Shown here: positions 12,449 to 25,880 of the stretch, one piece after another
How the letters are laid out: every line of letters starts with the position of its first letter
How positions within the stretch are numbered: position 1 is the first letter of the stretch
NCBI GenBank assembly: GCA_951406725.2
Contig: OX597823.1
Span: 76,880,001 to 76,944,000, forward strand
Reading direction: 5' to 3'
Source: Octopus vulgaris
Taxonomy: Eukaryota
DNA: 64,000 nucleotides
Position numbers and translations under genes: made by a program
Notes under the pieces: model-generated
Seen by the model: only the letters and a program-made list of their open reading frames with translations
What the model was told of the DNA's origin: nothing
Databases searched by the model: none

Positions 12449-13768
12449 GTTATTGGAAGAGCATTGCCGGTTCGGGATAAATTTTATACGCATGTTAGAT
12501 TGTCAAACACACCGGCCTGAGATGCGCGCAGTGTGACAAAACTGTCTTGCATGCGCTCGGTCAGTGCGCGGGTATTGCTGACTCATAGAGTAGTCGAGCA
12601 GCTGCTATCACATATAGGAGAGATCCATCTATTGACTGACGCTATCACGAAGATTGTCCTGCTACCTTCCTTTGGCCGTGAAGGAAAGACATTTTTTCCT
12701 CTGTCCGGTGACTATAGTTGGAACAATTTCAGGTTCGTAACTACTAAGCGCTCTGGTCATAAATATAAATTTCTCCGACAAAAGTTAGGATTTTTGTTTA
12801 TAATTATCGAAGACAATCTTGGAAGAAGAAAAAAACATTTAAAAACATTGCGTCCCTCTAATTAGAAAAGACACTTTCTTTCCTTTGTCGTTCATAGTCA
12901 ATAGACATTTTTGTCTTTTTATTAAAGATATCAAAACGTTTGACGTTTGATGTAAGAGCTGAGGCGAAGGGTAGGTAGGGAGCCATATTAGCAGTAATGC
13001 TGAAGGTGTCGTTGGTCTTAAAAATTTTGCTTGCTTGTCAAATTGAAAGTGACGTTTCCGTAGGCTTTTGAGAGAAATATACGTGTAGGTATTAACTCTG
13101 ACAATGCAAGTAACACTGTGATGCAACGCACCAGCGATGCGGAAAATGGCTGTTATAAACAACACTGATAACAAAGCCGCCACCAACAACAACACTAGAA
13201 AATTAGAAAGTAAAATTGGCGACAACAAACAAAAAGATGAAAAATGATACATTAGAATGTGAGACATTTATGGAAGATGATATCGGCAAGACTAACAACA
13301 AAAAGGGTTTAGAATGACAGCAAAACATCGAAAAAAAAAACTATGTAAAACCATCATCATCAGCAAGTATAAGGAAATAGAACCAACATCAGATAAATCC
13401 AATAATGGAATGGTAATATTTCTAGCCGGTCCAAAAATGGTTTGGCGATGAAATCTTTTAGGGCAATATTCAAAGGGTTTCCATTGACCCTAACACTGTT
13501 TTTTAAGGAGCGCATGTAAACACTGAATTCTCTGTTCCTGAACCCATTGGGAATAGTTTTGCATCCTTCATGGTTGCCTTTGCTAATGAATCTGTTGGTG
13601 GTTGTGCTTCTTTATAAACAATTCAGCGACACTTTTGAATACAGTTTCGCCTCTTCATTCAGTCCGGGTGTCGGCATCTTTTGAAAATGAACAGCATTTG
13701 TTGTTATTGTGATTGCTGATGTTGTTATTGATGTTTTCTATTATATTCTTATTCTTAACGTTGTTGCT

Positions 13769-14350
13769 AAGGCGGTGAGCTGGCAAAATCGTTAGCACGC
13801 TGGGCGAAATGCTTAGCGGTATTTCGTCTGCCGTTACGTTCTGAGTTCAAATTCCGCCGAGGTCGACTTTGCCTTTCATCCTTTCGGGGTCGATTAAATA
13901 AGTGCCAGTTACGCACTGGGGTCGATATAATCAACTTAATCCGTTTGTTTGTCCTTGTTTGTCCCCTCTGTGTTTAGCCTCTTGTGGGTAGTAAAGAAAT
14001 AGGTATTTCGTCTGCCGTTACGTTCTGAGTTCAAATTCCGCCGAGGTCGACTTTGCCTTTCATTCTTTCGGGGTCGATTAAATAAGTGCCAGTCACGCAC
14101 TGGAGTCGATATAATCGACTTAATCCGCTTGTCTGTCTTTGTTTGTCCTCTCTGTGTTTAGCCCCTTGTGGGTAGTAAAGAAATTGGTATTTCGTCTTCT
14201 GCTACGTTCTGAGTTCAAATTCCGCCGAGGTCGACTTTGCCGTTCACCCAAATTAAGTACCAGTCAAGCACTGGTACTTAATTTGGTGTCGATGAATACC
14301 ATTATTCCTTCCCCAACAAAATTCCAGGCCTTATACCTGCGGGAGGAAGA
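13769..14350 (+). mobile_element. SINE family C tandem array (one head, three bodies)
   Basis: Units 2 and 3 restart at GGTATTTCGTC (about 14002 and 14186). The last unit ends in a C2-type tail. Confidence 0.9.
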
Positions 14351-15085
14351 AGTTTTAGACCTGTGTTTATTTTGATACTAAAACAAATTCGGGTCTGGGT
14401 TTACAGCCTCTATGGTAAATGTTGTCCCCGAACTTATGTTTCCAATGAGCAGGCAGTGAAGTATCTGGAAAGTGTGTAGCGTGCCATCTGGTACTTCAGA
14501 AAAGAGAAATAATATAACTGAATAGTTGTCTTTTATTTTTCCGAATGAAAAAAAAAATAATAGTGCAAAAGTACCTAAGTCATGCGTCTAGGAATAATTT
14601 AACTTAAAATCTTATCTTTATATATTGTCGTCTTGCCGAAGTAACACTTCGTTATATGCTATTAAACTTGAATCTATGGTTTTTGGTTGTAAAGATTGGA
14701 AAATATGGGGTTGTAATAGATTTTCGATCTTCCAGGATGAGAAATTGTTGGAAATTCAACTTGAGATTCACGTTGCAATAACACCTAAATGTATTTGTTT
14801 AGATTTTCCCGACCAGATCCATATTGAAAACTAAGAAACATGATGATGGTAATAAAGTATCCCACCAACCCCCAGATTTTTCCATTGCAGTAGCTCTAAC
14901 CATTCTTTGTTTTTCTGTATCTTCGAAAAGGAAAGGCTAAAAACAAACATTCTTTAGTTACTATTTCTAATAACCTTACAACTGAAAAAACTGCTACTCC
15001 TACGATGACAAGAAAATCAACAACTGAAGAAAAACCAAAAACAAACGGTACAAAGTACAATCTTTCTTGTGTTTCTAACAAATAA

Positions 15086-15294
15086 AAATTTCAGCAAGAT
15101 TTGAACAAATTTTCAGAGAAATTTGAATAAGATCTCAACAAGAATTCAATATGATATGACCAAAATTTCAAAGAAATTTGAACAAGGTTTCAGCGAGAAT
15201 TGTGCATGATTTGTGCAAACTTTTAGAGAAACTTGAACGGGATTTCAGCAGGGTTTCAACAAGATACTGACAAAAGTTCAGAGAAAATTGAATG
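15086..15294. repeat. Degenerate 11-bp minisatellite with 55-bp higher-order repeat
   Basis: About 19 units such as AAATTTCAGCA, AGATTTGAACA, AATTTTCAGAG and AAATTTGAATA. Confidence 0.8.
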
Positions 15295-15741
15295 CCCATA
15301 TCTCTGAGTGTCGTGTCTAAATAGCGAAGATCCTAAAAATCCGTAAATTTGGCAAGTCCAAAAGACAGTACAGAAGCGTGATAAATTTGTCAAGTAATGA
15401 TAAAAAATAACAACACAAACAAGGGAAGCAAAAGTAACAGTAAAAATAAATGTCAATAAGAATCACAAAATCGAAGTGAACAGCAGCAACAAAAATCACA
15501 AAAACAAAAACAGTCACAAGAACAACAAATGCACCCCACCTTTGTTGTTGTTTATAATAGGAACCGAGAGTGGGTGAAGTTCCTAAAATTACAAACATTA
15601 CAAGAAACGTAGAGACAGAAGGGAAGAAGACTGAAATACTTTTACTAAAAACTGCAAAGGGCAGACAACCGATGTTAAGAACATCAGAAGTTTGAAGAAT
15701 TATGATTAAATTCTTAATGGTCGTAGATCCGTGTAAAAATA

Positions 15742-16279
15742 TTGGGTTGTCCGGAAAGTTCGTGCCGATTTATAGTAGCTTACCTTTCGACTTAGTTTAG
15801 AACATGTTGAGTCTATAAAATAAGATTTTTCTACACCTCCATTTACACAGGTTCCTATAACCTGTGTTAATTCTGAAACCCTTTAAAATGGAAGATAAGA
15901 AAGTTCCTTTTCGGCACTTGATACTTTTCTTTTTCCGTAAAGGGAAAAATGCGTCACAAGCAACCAAAGAAATATGCGTGGATTACGGTGATGTTTGTTT
16001 ATCCGAAAGAATTGTACGGAAGTGGTTCGCAAGGTTCCGAGCTGGAGATTGTAGCCTTATTGATAAAGAGCGATCAGGCAGACCACCCACTACAGATGGT
16101 GACCAAATCAAGTCATTAATTGAGAACAACACACATTGCACAACCCGAGAATTGGCAGAAAGCCTCAACCTATCAAAATCCGTCGTTCATGAGCACCTGG
16201 TAAAGCTTGGGTAATGGCAAGTATTTATTGACCTTTTTCTTTCCTTTAAAAATCAGCACGAACTTACCGGACAACCCCA
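15742..16279 (+). mobile_element. Internally deleted mariner (mellifera-like) with TIRs, TA TSD and open DNA-binding-domain ORF
   Basis: TA|TTGGGTTGTCCGGAAAGTTCGTGCCGATTT ... AAATCAGCACGAACTTACCGGACAACCCCA|TA. ORF from ATG 15888 to 16214 (MEDKKVPFRH...WFARFRAG...RSGRP...TTRELA). Catalytic domain absent. Confidence 0.93.
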
Positions 16280-16847
16280 TAGTGTGAGGTCACCAAATTT
16301 GAAGGGGTCGTGTAAGGAACTCAAAATATACAATTCTCATTAATACCACCAAATATAATCTAAGTAATCTACGTTCAGCTAACGTAATATTGAGAATAGG
16401 ATGCGCGAATTCACGTAGCCTGAGAAGGCTTATGGAAATTGTTCTTCAATCGAATAATTTCAAGGCCTTTAACTTAGCTGTTAACAGCCAGTAGCGAGAC
16501 CAGGGTTTCTGAAATGCAAGCTTCTAGACTCCTTATCAACGTCTCTGAGTAACAAGCCTCGTGTTGACGAATTAAATCACGTGAAGGGGCACAATAGCTC
16601 CAGTAAGTTCTAAACTTCCTAGTAATGATGATTTTATTGGACTCAGATAATACGTCGGTGATCCTAGAGAGTTACAGCAGTAAAAGCGATACCACGAGGC
16701 TGATAGCCGTTTGTATCTCGACAGCGGCTTGATGGCCAAGCTTTAGCAGGAAATTGGAATGGTCTCCTAGAAACATGCTGAGATTGTAGCTGGGGTTTCA
16801 AGGGATACGTCTCTCAATATTGGTCTAATGTTTCCGACTGTCTGACA

Positions 16848-17008
16848 GGGTTCAGACGTTTCCAAGATGGCTGAAAAAATGCCGATATCGATGAACATTC
16901 TGGGAGACCGGCAACCAGCAGAACTGAGAAAAACACCGCAGATGTGCGTGCAGCTGTGAGAGGAAATCGTCGAATCACCATCCGTGGGTTATTAGAGGAT
17001 GTGCAAAT
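16848..17008 (+). mobile_element. Mariner transposase fragment of the same family as 6283-7128
   Basis: Closely matches the reverse complement of ~6680-6838. Confidence 0.9.
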
Positions 17009-20000
17009 GGAATATGAACTTAAGAAATCACATCAGATTTTTCAGGATTTATTTAGTTTCCGTTAGATCGGCAGACCAGGACAGAATAAGTCTTTATTTC
17101 TAACTATGAATTGTACGCAAAGCTTGAGAATTGTATGTGAAGCCTACATTTTGACAAGAACCTGTTACTGAAAATTGAATGCCTCGGTCGCAGCATGAAA
17201 TGGCTAAAGAAACAGCATTAGTGACTCAGTTAAGGAGGGACTGAGAAAAAAAAAAAACAACAGCAACAGATGACAGGTTACGTGAAACACGAAATCAAAA
17301 CAATGGATTTCAACATTTACATATCTTGTTATATACCGTGTGTTACATTCTCCTCTTTCGTTTACTTCGCGTGGGGAGTTTCAGAATGCCTTTCATCTGT
17401 TCCCTCGTTTTATGTCACTTTTTTTTCCTTCAAATTTGTCTATGTACTCCTTTAGCTTCGTATTTTGCATTCATAAATGACTCGAGTAGAAATGCACTTA
17501 GTGGTTAGATGTTATAGTTTAAGAAGAGTGGACGTGTTTGAAACATACCCTGCTCCGCAAAAAATATGAACAAAAAGGATTTTTTTCAAAGTCTTCCATT
17601 TCTTTATTAATATTAATGAAAAAGTCCTGTTTTTTTTTTAATCTTTTGATATTTAAATCTTTTGATGTTTAAATTGAAGTATAATAAATATTGCCTTTGA
17701 ACTTTTATCTCTCTATTTATTTTTTGCATTTTGCTTTAGGTTTTAGTCCGAGGACTGCGGCTATGCTGGAACAACGCCATTTATATAGATATAGTATTTG
17801 TCTGAGGCGCCTACAACAAACGCAGTAGCAGTGTATTCGTTGTAAAGATTAGCAAATAATATTTTGTTGAAAATTGTGCAAATAGTACACAATGATTGCT
17901 AACAGAATGGACAAACAGAATAAAATATGACAATTATGCAAACAAATGCAATTACAAACAAAACGCTGATGTGACACATTGGATGCAGACACTAGTGATA
18001 ACCGAAATGTTTATGATGCAGACAATAACAATAATAAATTTACCGATGCTGTGCGTCAGAGAGAAGCTTTGATTATAAAACAGCGACAGATTTGCCAAAT
18101 GGAAAAAAAAAATGCAGGAAAGATATATCTCAAAAAATGCTACCTCCTTCGCTGTCCAATTTATTGAAGGGAAGACAAGGAAGAAAGTGATATACTTTTG
18201 CTTCTCAAAAAGTGGAGGTGCTTTCGGTCTCCCTTCAAAGGAACAATAAAAGAATCTCTGCCGGACTTGTAGAGCGAGAATAAGGGGTTATGAGAGTGCA
18301 TGCCTGCTCTTCGGAATTGGTGACTGTGCCAAGCGACAGTCCCACATGGAGCACCACACACCTTCCTGCATCAAAGTGTCACACTACATAGTGTAGCGTA
18401 ATATAAGGGTCACGACCAACTACGCTGATTCGGATGTTGACCCTTGGTTTTTTTCATAATCTTGTATACTGTGTATTGTATTCACCTCTTCCGTTTACTC
18501 CGCGTGTTGAGTTGTATAAAGCCTCTTATCTATTCCCTTGTTTTAATCTGTGTGGGCCGAGTCGACAATAAATAACATGTTGCTAAGTAGGGTCGGCATG
18601 GAAACGCTGCATCTAATGACTGTCGAAGTTCAAAGATCCGTCCTGAAGGCGTACACCATCGTAGATATTCAGATAAAAGCAATATGACAAACAGAAAGCC
18701 TGATTGTTACGTATGTGATAATAGTTACTCGAGGGCTTTGCCTCGTGAGAAGCTGGAAAGTCAGTGAGGCATGACAGATCGCAAGTAGGACCAGCAACAC
18801 AAAGAAGTAAAAACCAGAAGCGGCACTTTCAGTAGCACTATCAGTGACAATTCCAAAAGTGGTCAATGGACTCTCTTCGTCTTCTGTTCGAAGAGCTGGC
18901 AAGAAGGAAAGCAATCAAGAAGCTAAGGGCCAAGAAATCAAAGATCTCCCTTTTCTGAAATTCCCATTTCTGTCATGCGACAGTACTAAGCAAATGGTAA
19001 ACAGACAAGTGTGACAGACTATCAGGGACAGTAAAGAACAAATAAAATCAGATGAAAAGCAAACGAAAGGCGTAGAAGATACACAAAGAGGATTCATTTT
19101 TCATAACCAGGCATGAGGTCTAGGGTGCTAGAGACAAGAAATGTGGCCCCGAGATCAAAAGTTGAAATTCTGGAGTGTAAATATGAGAGCGATTACATTA
19201 ATGGTGCTTATTATACCATAAGCAAGGGTTCTCAGGCATTAGGTGTTTTTTTTTTTTTCAGTCCAACACAAACGTTTTTCACGAACACCTGTTAATACCT
19301 CAGATTCCAAATTAAAATTTTGAAAATGCGAGAGAGTTAGAGGATGCTCTGACAAAATGTAGATGATAGCTTCCTCCAGTTGTAATGAAAGTCGGCTCAA
19401 TTTGTTTGTTTGGTTTATTATGCCTTTTAATATTATTTAACATACATTTTATGTTATGTAACTAGTTTGTAGACATTTAAGTTTAGCGTATCCTAATAAA
19501 TTTTGTAATGTATCTTCAAGTACCATCGTCTTAAAATAATTTTGTTATACTTCGTCATCTTTTCGTCCCCCACTCCTTTGTAACCAAGTCTTTTGTTAAT
19601 ATAAATGGATGCTGGTGGCAATTAACAGAAATGCCAACAATAATAACAGGAACGAGGACGACAACGACAACAACAACAACAACAATAATAGTTTTCTTTG
19701 TTAGCATAATAATAATAATAATAATAATAGTTTGTTAGTTTATTCATTTTTACTTCTTTTGGCCTATGAAAAGGATTTCTGTTTGCCAGGGGGGTTCTTT
19801 GCGTTCTTTTATTCTGACTCAAGCCGTTTTCAACGACATGCAGGTCTTCATGCCATACGATTCTAAGATTATTTTTAAATTAAATGTCCTTCATTCAGAT
19901 ATTTACCGGAGCAAAATCCTGGAAACAAAATAAGTTCATTCATCTGCTTGCTTGCTTGTATCTCTTTGCTTGCTTGTATCTGTTTGTATCTGCTTGTATC

Positions 20001-20599
20001 TCTTGCTTGCTTGTATCTCTGTGTTTCATTCTTTCATTACTTCTCTCTGATGATTTTCTTCCTCTATCTCTCTCTATTTCTTCCTGTACTTCACTCTGTC
20101 TTTTACAATCTATTCTTTAATTATACATTTATCAAATACTGCGTCTTTACTGGTCATTCGATGTAACTATTTGCAAGGCCATAGACAATAACAAGCTTTT
20201 ACTGAAGTTAATTGCTGTTTCTTTGTGAATAAACTAACTAAATGGGCCGGAGAACCTGATAGCGATGGAGAAACAGCTTTCCTTGTCACGTCATATACAC
20301 CTTTTAGCTATTATTTCTATAGAGAATACTTTGCTTAAAACTTTGCCATTTTAATGGTATAAATATATAAATCATCATCTTATCGATACTGTTCTTTTCA
20401 CCGTCATTATCGGTGTAGCTATCGTCGTCGGTATCTTTGCTGATGTCTTAATTACTGCAGCTGCTGTCACCTTCATAGTGAAAGTCCTTGACATCTATAC
20501 ACTGTCATCATACACATTGTTATTGTCAACATCGTCATCATCTTCATAATCATTATCTTTGACTTAGTCCAATCCTAACTGTCATTATATATATATTCT

Positions 20600-20735
20600 T
20601 TTTCATTTTCTCTCTGTTTATTTTCTCGTGTTCCTTTCTGTTGAAGAGCGTAGGCTCGAAACCTTCCTGAGCGTTAAACTAAATACACCTGTTTGTTGTT
20701 TACACACGTCTTCGTCTTTTGTTTTCTTCGTTTTC
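20600..20735 (+). mobile_element. Penelope-type pLTR fragment with truncated minimal hammerhead-like motif
   Basis: Follows a short (TA)n. CTTT-CTGTTGA-A-GAGC(GTAG)GCTC-GAAAC, then apparently deleted. TTCCTGAGCGT is shared with the element at 40591-40775. Confidence 0.5.
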
Positions 20736-21332
20736 TTCATGATTTTCTCCTAAGATTACTGCAAACAATTAATGTTTTGACCCCTGTGATCGTTATTTTC
20801 AAAAATATGGGTTGTTTTTGCTGCGATTGAACAGAGAATACCAGATGGTAACGCATCCATTAAAATTTTCCGTCAAATAATGAGGCACTTAAATATCTCA
20901 GCGATTCACGTATCCAAGTATTTTAACTGCTTTATAATGTTCATGAGACATGTTACGTAACTCTGCGATCTCTCGTGTTGTGTGATCTGATTATTTTTGA
21001 TTAGTGTTCCAATTAGGTCATCATAATGATGTGGGCCTGCCGGAACTTCCACAACCTTGCAGATCAAATTTTTTTCTCTCCTAAACCTAGGGAACTGCTT
21101 ACGAACAGTCTTCGCAGCTATGGTACCATCTCCAGAAATTGCACCTACATTTTTGCGTTTGGACAGATTTTAATTTCTGGAAATACAAAAGCATCAAATG
21201 AGAAAATGTATCTCATTTTCCTCCATTTTCACTTTTAATATAAAAACAGTAAAAATAAAATATCCACAAATTAATCGCATTAAAAGACGTGTTGAAATGT
21301 CACCTTTTATCAAATATATACTTGTCATATGA

Positions 21333-21515
21333 AAGGTGGCGAGCTGGCGGAAACGTTAGCACGCCGGGTGAATTGCGTAGCCGTATTTCGTTTGCCGTTA
21401 CGTTCTGAGTTCAAATTCCGCTGAGGTCGACTTTGCCTTTCATCCTTTCGGGGTCGATAAATTAAGTACCAGTTACGCACTGGGGTCGATGTAATTGACT
21501 TAATCCATTTGTCCG
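21333..21515 (+). mobile_element. SINE family C copy, 3' truncated
   Basis: AAGGTGGCGAGCTGGCGGAAACGTTAGC...GCCTTTCATCCTTTCGGGGTCG. Confidence 0.9.
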
Positions 21516-22427
21516 TGTTTTTTACGCCACTAATTAAAAAGTAGTACGAAATTTTACTCCAACTCAATATTTATTTATGTCCATGTATCTCCTATGGCCT
21601 TATAAGTTTTTATGATATCGCAAGAAACCGAAACAATACCAGAAATGTGCACTGTAAATGCTGTTAGATGAAGACCGTATGACTGATTATCCACATTGTT
21701 AACCTGGCTGCTACACGCATGACAGCACGAGCCATTTAGGGGTTTTCACCCAGAAGACTCAAAAAGAGAAAATAACAACAATCACAATCTATGGAGCTGT
21801 TACTACTAAGGTGGCACAACGACATAAGGCGGCACTAAGTGCCTTATTTTGAGTTGCCAAAAGACACTGTCTTCAATTACAATGTCAGACACAAAATCCT
21901 TAAAAGATTCAGACTATTTAGAAATAGTAAAATGAAATATTTTATGCAGTGATGAGAAAAGAGGAATATTGAAGTATTCAAGACAACCAACTTAATTCTA
22001 AATCTGGGCTATTTGCAAAGTGTAAACACGAGGAAACGAATATCTTGCGATATTAATCGAAATCTCCTTCAGGGCACAACGCACATAAAAGCGTACCTTT
22101 GTACCTAATCAACGGTAGATATACGAATGATTGTACTGCTGCACTTGAACTTCAAACTTTAGACTTTATCTCTGATATTAACACTTGATTTTTCCTCTTC
22201 CCACACCATAACATAGCGCACTCATACTGTTGTGTTACCTATCAATTTATCTGTCTTTATTTCTTGATACATATCACACATTACACATATATAGGTATAT
22301 CTTCCTACTTTCCTATCAACTTACAACTTCGTCAAAAAAGATAGGATGGAAATCTGATTGATTTCCTTCTTTTACCTTTTATTGTCTTTCTCACTGTCTT
22401 CTATTTTATAAGCATATTTTATCAACC

Positions 22428-23375
22428 ATGGACCTCTATTCTCTACATTATGTAACTAAGAATATTCCACTATACAAGAAGGCTACTGGTTAAGCTTGAT
22501 GAGTTGTTAAATGCATGAATTTGAGGGTATGCTGTCACAATTCTACTACCATCGATTCTGCTACAAACCACTGTGACATTAGAACATGCAGATCTATAGC
22601 AAATACTAAGGATTTACGCAATGTTGAAGCTGAACTTCGTGATGTAATGCCAGACATTAAATGTCGAACTTCTCTAACCCTTTTCAGAATAAATTTTATG
22701 CAAGTTTTAGGCACTTCAAATAAATCTAAGAGAAGGACCAGAAATATTCACGAGAGAGAGAAGGAATTCACATACAAAATTTGTTCAATAATAACATAAT
22801 ACAAAGTTAAGCGGAAACTAGGACAGCGAAGTATATTAACATTAATCGAACCAAGGCCAGAACAGATAAGCATAATATTGATAACAGAATAGTGATATTA
22901 GATCGGCACCAATCGTTTATAACGATTAAAGATCACAAGGAATATTTTGATTCTAACGTGAAATACAAACTAATCAATCTTGCTAAACCTAAAATCGAGC
23001 TAGTTAGCGAAGAAAAAAAGAATACTTTGGGAGTCTGAAACGTAATATTAGGAAAGCCACAGATCTCCAAAAATGGAACAACAGTTACGATGTAATTGGC
23101 TGGTTGGGCGATATCAAGAAGAATCGCAATTCTACATTTACACAATTTGATATAGAGGATTCCTACACTTCTCTATCCAAATCCTTAATATATATGTATA
23201 CAACATGAGATTACACTAAATTATACAATAATATTGACAACAATGATATAAATAATGCATGTGAGGAAATCATTGCTCTTTGATAAGGATTCGGCTTGGG
23301 TCAAGAGATTTGATCCAGACGAGTGTTTCAATGAAAGCTTGGTTTTGTTTGACGGTGCAGAGGTTTGTAGTGTCA
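22428..23375 (+). mobile_element. Decayed Penelope-like element ORF, N-terminus to RT motif B'
   Basis: MDLYSLHYVTKNIP, LKDHKEYFDSNVKYKLINLAKPKI, QKWNNSYDVIGW, FTQFDIEDSYTSLS, IMHVRKSLLF..WVKR and FDGAEVC. These match the invertebrate PLE lineage with LKDHKxNF..CRLINP, FDIxxFYPSI and MGSxDGAExCEL. Frameshifted. Confidence 0.8.
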
Positions 23376-23583
23376 TTAAACAATGCATATACTTACACGC
23401 GTACACACGCACATGTATATATATACATAAATACATAGTATATACATACTAACACACACACACACGTGTACATATAACTGACCATATAATTGCATTATGT
23501 GACTCTGTACATAATACGAATGCTGGAATCTACCCAAGTTAAAACGAGCATGCAGAATATAGATAAGCATAATATATATATTC

Positions 23584-23650
<67 letters not shown>

Positions 23651-23670
23651 AATATATATATGTGTGTATG

Positions 23671-23711
<41 letters not shown>

Positions 23712-23935
23712 ATACATGCATATATACATGCATGCATACATGCATACATACATACATACATACATATATACATACATACATACATACATACATATACACA
23801 CAAAACACACAGAAACACACACATACACACATATATACGTTTATATGCATGTAAGTATGTATGTATGATAATACAATTGCATGTATCTGGCTAAATATAT
23901 ATTAAATAATTGTATGAACCTGCTTATGTTGAAAG

Positions 23936-23996
<61 letters not shown>

Positions 23997-25699
23997 TGTG
24001 TGAGAGAGAGAGAGAGAGTAACTGTGTAGTATGTGTGTTTGCATTTGTCTGCAGTGGAAAGAACATCCTCTCCAATGTTGGAACTAAGTGCGTCTGTGGG
24101 GAGATAGGATGAGTGAGGAATGGTGAGCAAGGAAGAAAGAGACGAGGGCGAAAATAAAAGAGAAAAACACACAAATTCTGTTAGAAAAAGGAAGAAAAAA
24201 CATAAAAGAAAAAGAAAAAAACCAGAATGGTAAAATGGCATTATGGAATGATTTGTCGGCGGCAAAAAGTGGTAAAACTAATAAATGTAGTTAGCTGAAC
24301 TACATATTTGAATAGTTGGAGATATCAGATTTGTATTATATGGCTTGACAGAAGACAAAACTTTGAGTAAAATAATAAGCAACAAAAAGTAACTGAGAAG
24401 CTGGAATTGTCAAAACTAATTGAATTATTGGTAAAAGAAGAACAAGAACAAAATCATTGCAACCGGCAACATTCATCTCTATTGCAGTAAGAATACAGAA
24501 TACAGAAAATTTCTAGTGGATTATCTCATTGATTCCAGTGATAATCCCTTCGTTTGGATTTCAGTTATAATACTATGCTGTAGTTGTAGTTGTTGTTGTT
24601 GTTAATACTGTTGTGTTGTGGTTGTTTTTGTTGCTTTGAAGATGTTGTTGTTGGCATTGTTTTTGTTATTGTTGTTGCTGGTGTCCTTGTAGAAAGTGTT
24701 TCGCTTTCGTATATTTTGTTGAATTTCTTCTTCTTGCTGTTGTTCTCTCTATCAATACCACTGTTGAATCTGATGCTATTATTTGTGTTCCTGTCGATGT
24801 TGTTGTTGTTGATGTTGGTTACATAGTTTTCAGTGTTGTTGTTATGGCTGTCCTTTCAAAATATGTGCCTAATATCAGATAATACAGAAATATACTATCT
24901 GGCTAAAAGTATATATCCTGAAGATCTCAAGGGAAAATATTCAAGATTTTTTTTTTTTGAAAAATTCTTTAAAAATATATTAATTGATTATTTTTTGTGG
25001 AGTTTCTTCTTCCACAGTACTACACAACAAATATTATCCTCTCCTCCTCCTCTTCATTCCCCTCTCCTCCTCATCATTTGCTTCTACTTCTCATACATTT
25101 TCATCTATATTTGTCCGTTCCTCCATCTATATTTGTCCATTCTGACACTTTTCTTGCTATGGTGTTTCTTCATCTTCTCTCTCTCTTGTATTATGATTTA
25201 TGACTTGCTAGAATCGGATGATCATTGAACAAACTGATTTAAGGTAGATATGTACCACAACGTGTTCGAATCTTTCTAAAATCAATTTTACATTTTAATC
25301 TCCCAAATTCATATTTATCATTTACAAATTTATCTTTATCGAATTCATATTTATCGTCTCAGCTATGAAACTACATCGATGCTGAGACATCGCCTTCAAG
25401 AAATGTAGTCGAAAGAATCAACGCCAGTACATTTTTTTTCTTTTCAGTCTGGTACTTATTCTATCAATCTCTTTTGCCGAACCTCTAAAATACGGTGACG
25501 TAAGCACATCAGTACCACATTACCACCCCCTGTTTTATTTACGGTGAGCCAGTGAATAGCACAACTAGTCATTGAACGATGACGGGAATATCATAACAGG
25601 GACCTCTCTATAGTATCGGTTCGCAGTGCTTGCCTTTCCAGTATCTGTGACTGAAGAGGAGATAAACACTCTGAAAATTCTTGCATCCAACAGGCAGTT

Positions 25700-25810
25700 C
25701 AGTGTACTGTGGGCTAACTTGGAGCCTGGTACAGCCTTCTGGCTTGTCAGTCCTCGTTCAAAACCATCCAACCTATACCAGCATAGAAAGCTGATGCTAA
25801 ACAATGCTGC

Positions 25811-25876
<66 letters not shown>
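25700..25876 (+). mobile_element. RTE-associated 3' tail fragment ending in (GCT)n(GAT)n
   Basis: Similar to 27755-27926 (CAGCCTTCTGGCTTG...CCATCCAACCTATACCAGCATAGAAAGC). Confidence 0.6.

Positions 25877-25880
<4 letters not shown>

Noticed and set aside
14248-14285. 16-bp perfect hairpin AAATTAAGTACCAGT/ACTGGTACTTAATTT as a miRNA or terminator
   Set aside because: Explained by a local inversion extending the SINE's own CCAGT/ACTGG stem.
13769-14350. CRISPR-like repeat-spacer array
   Set aside because: Units are contiguous SINE bodies without unique spacers; eukaryotic context and no cas genes.
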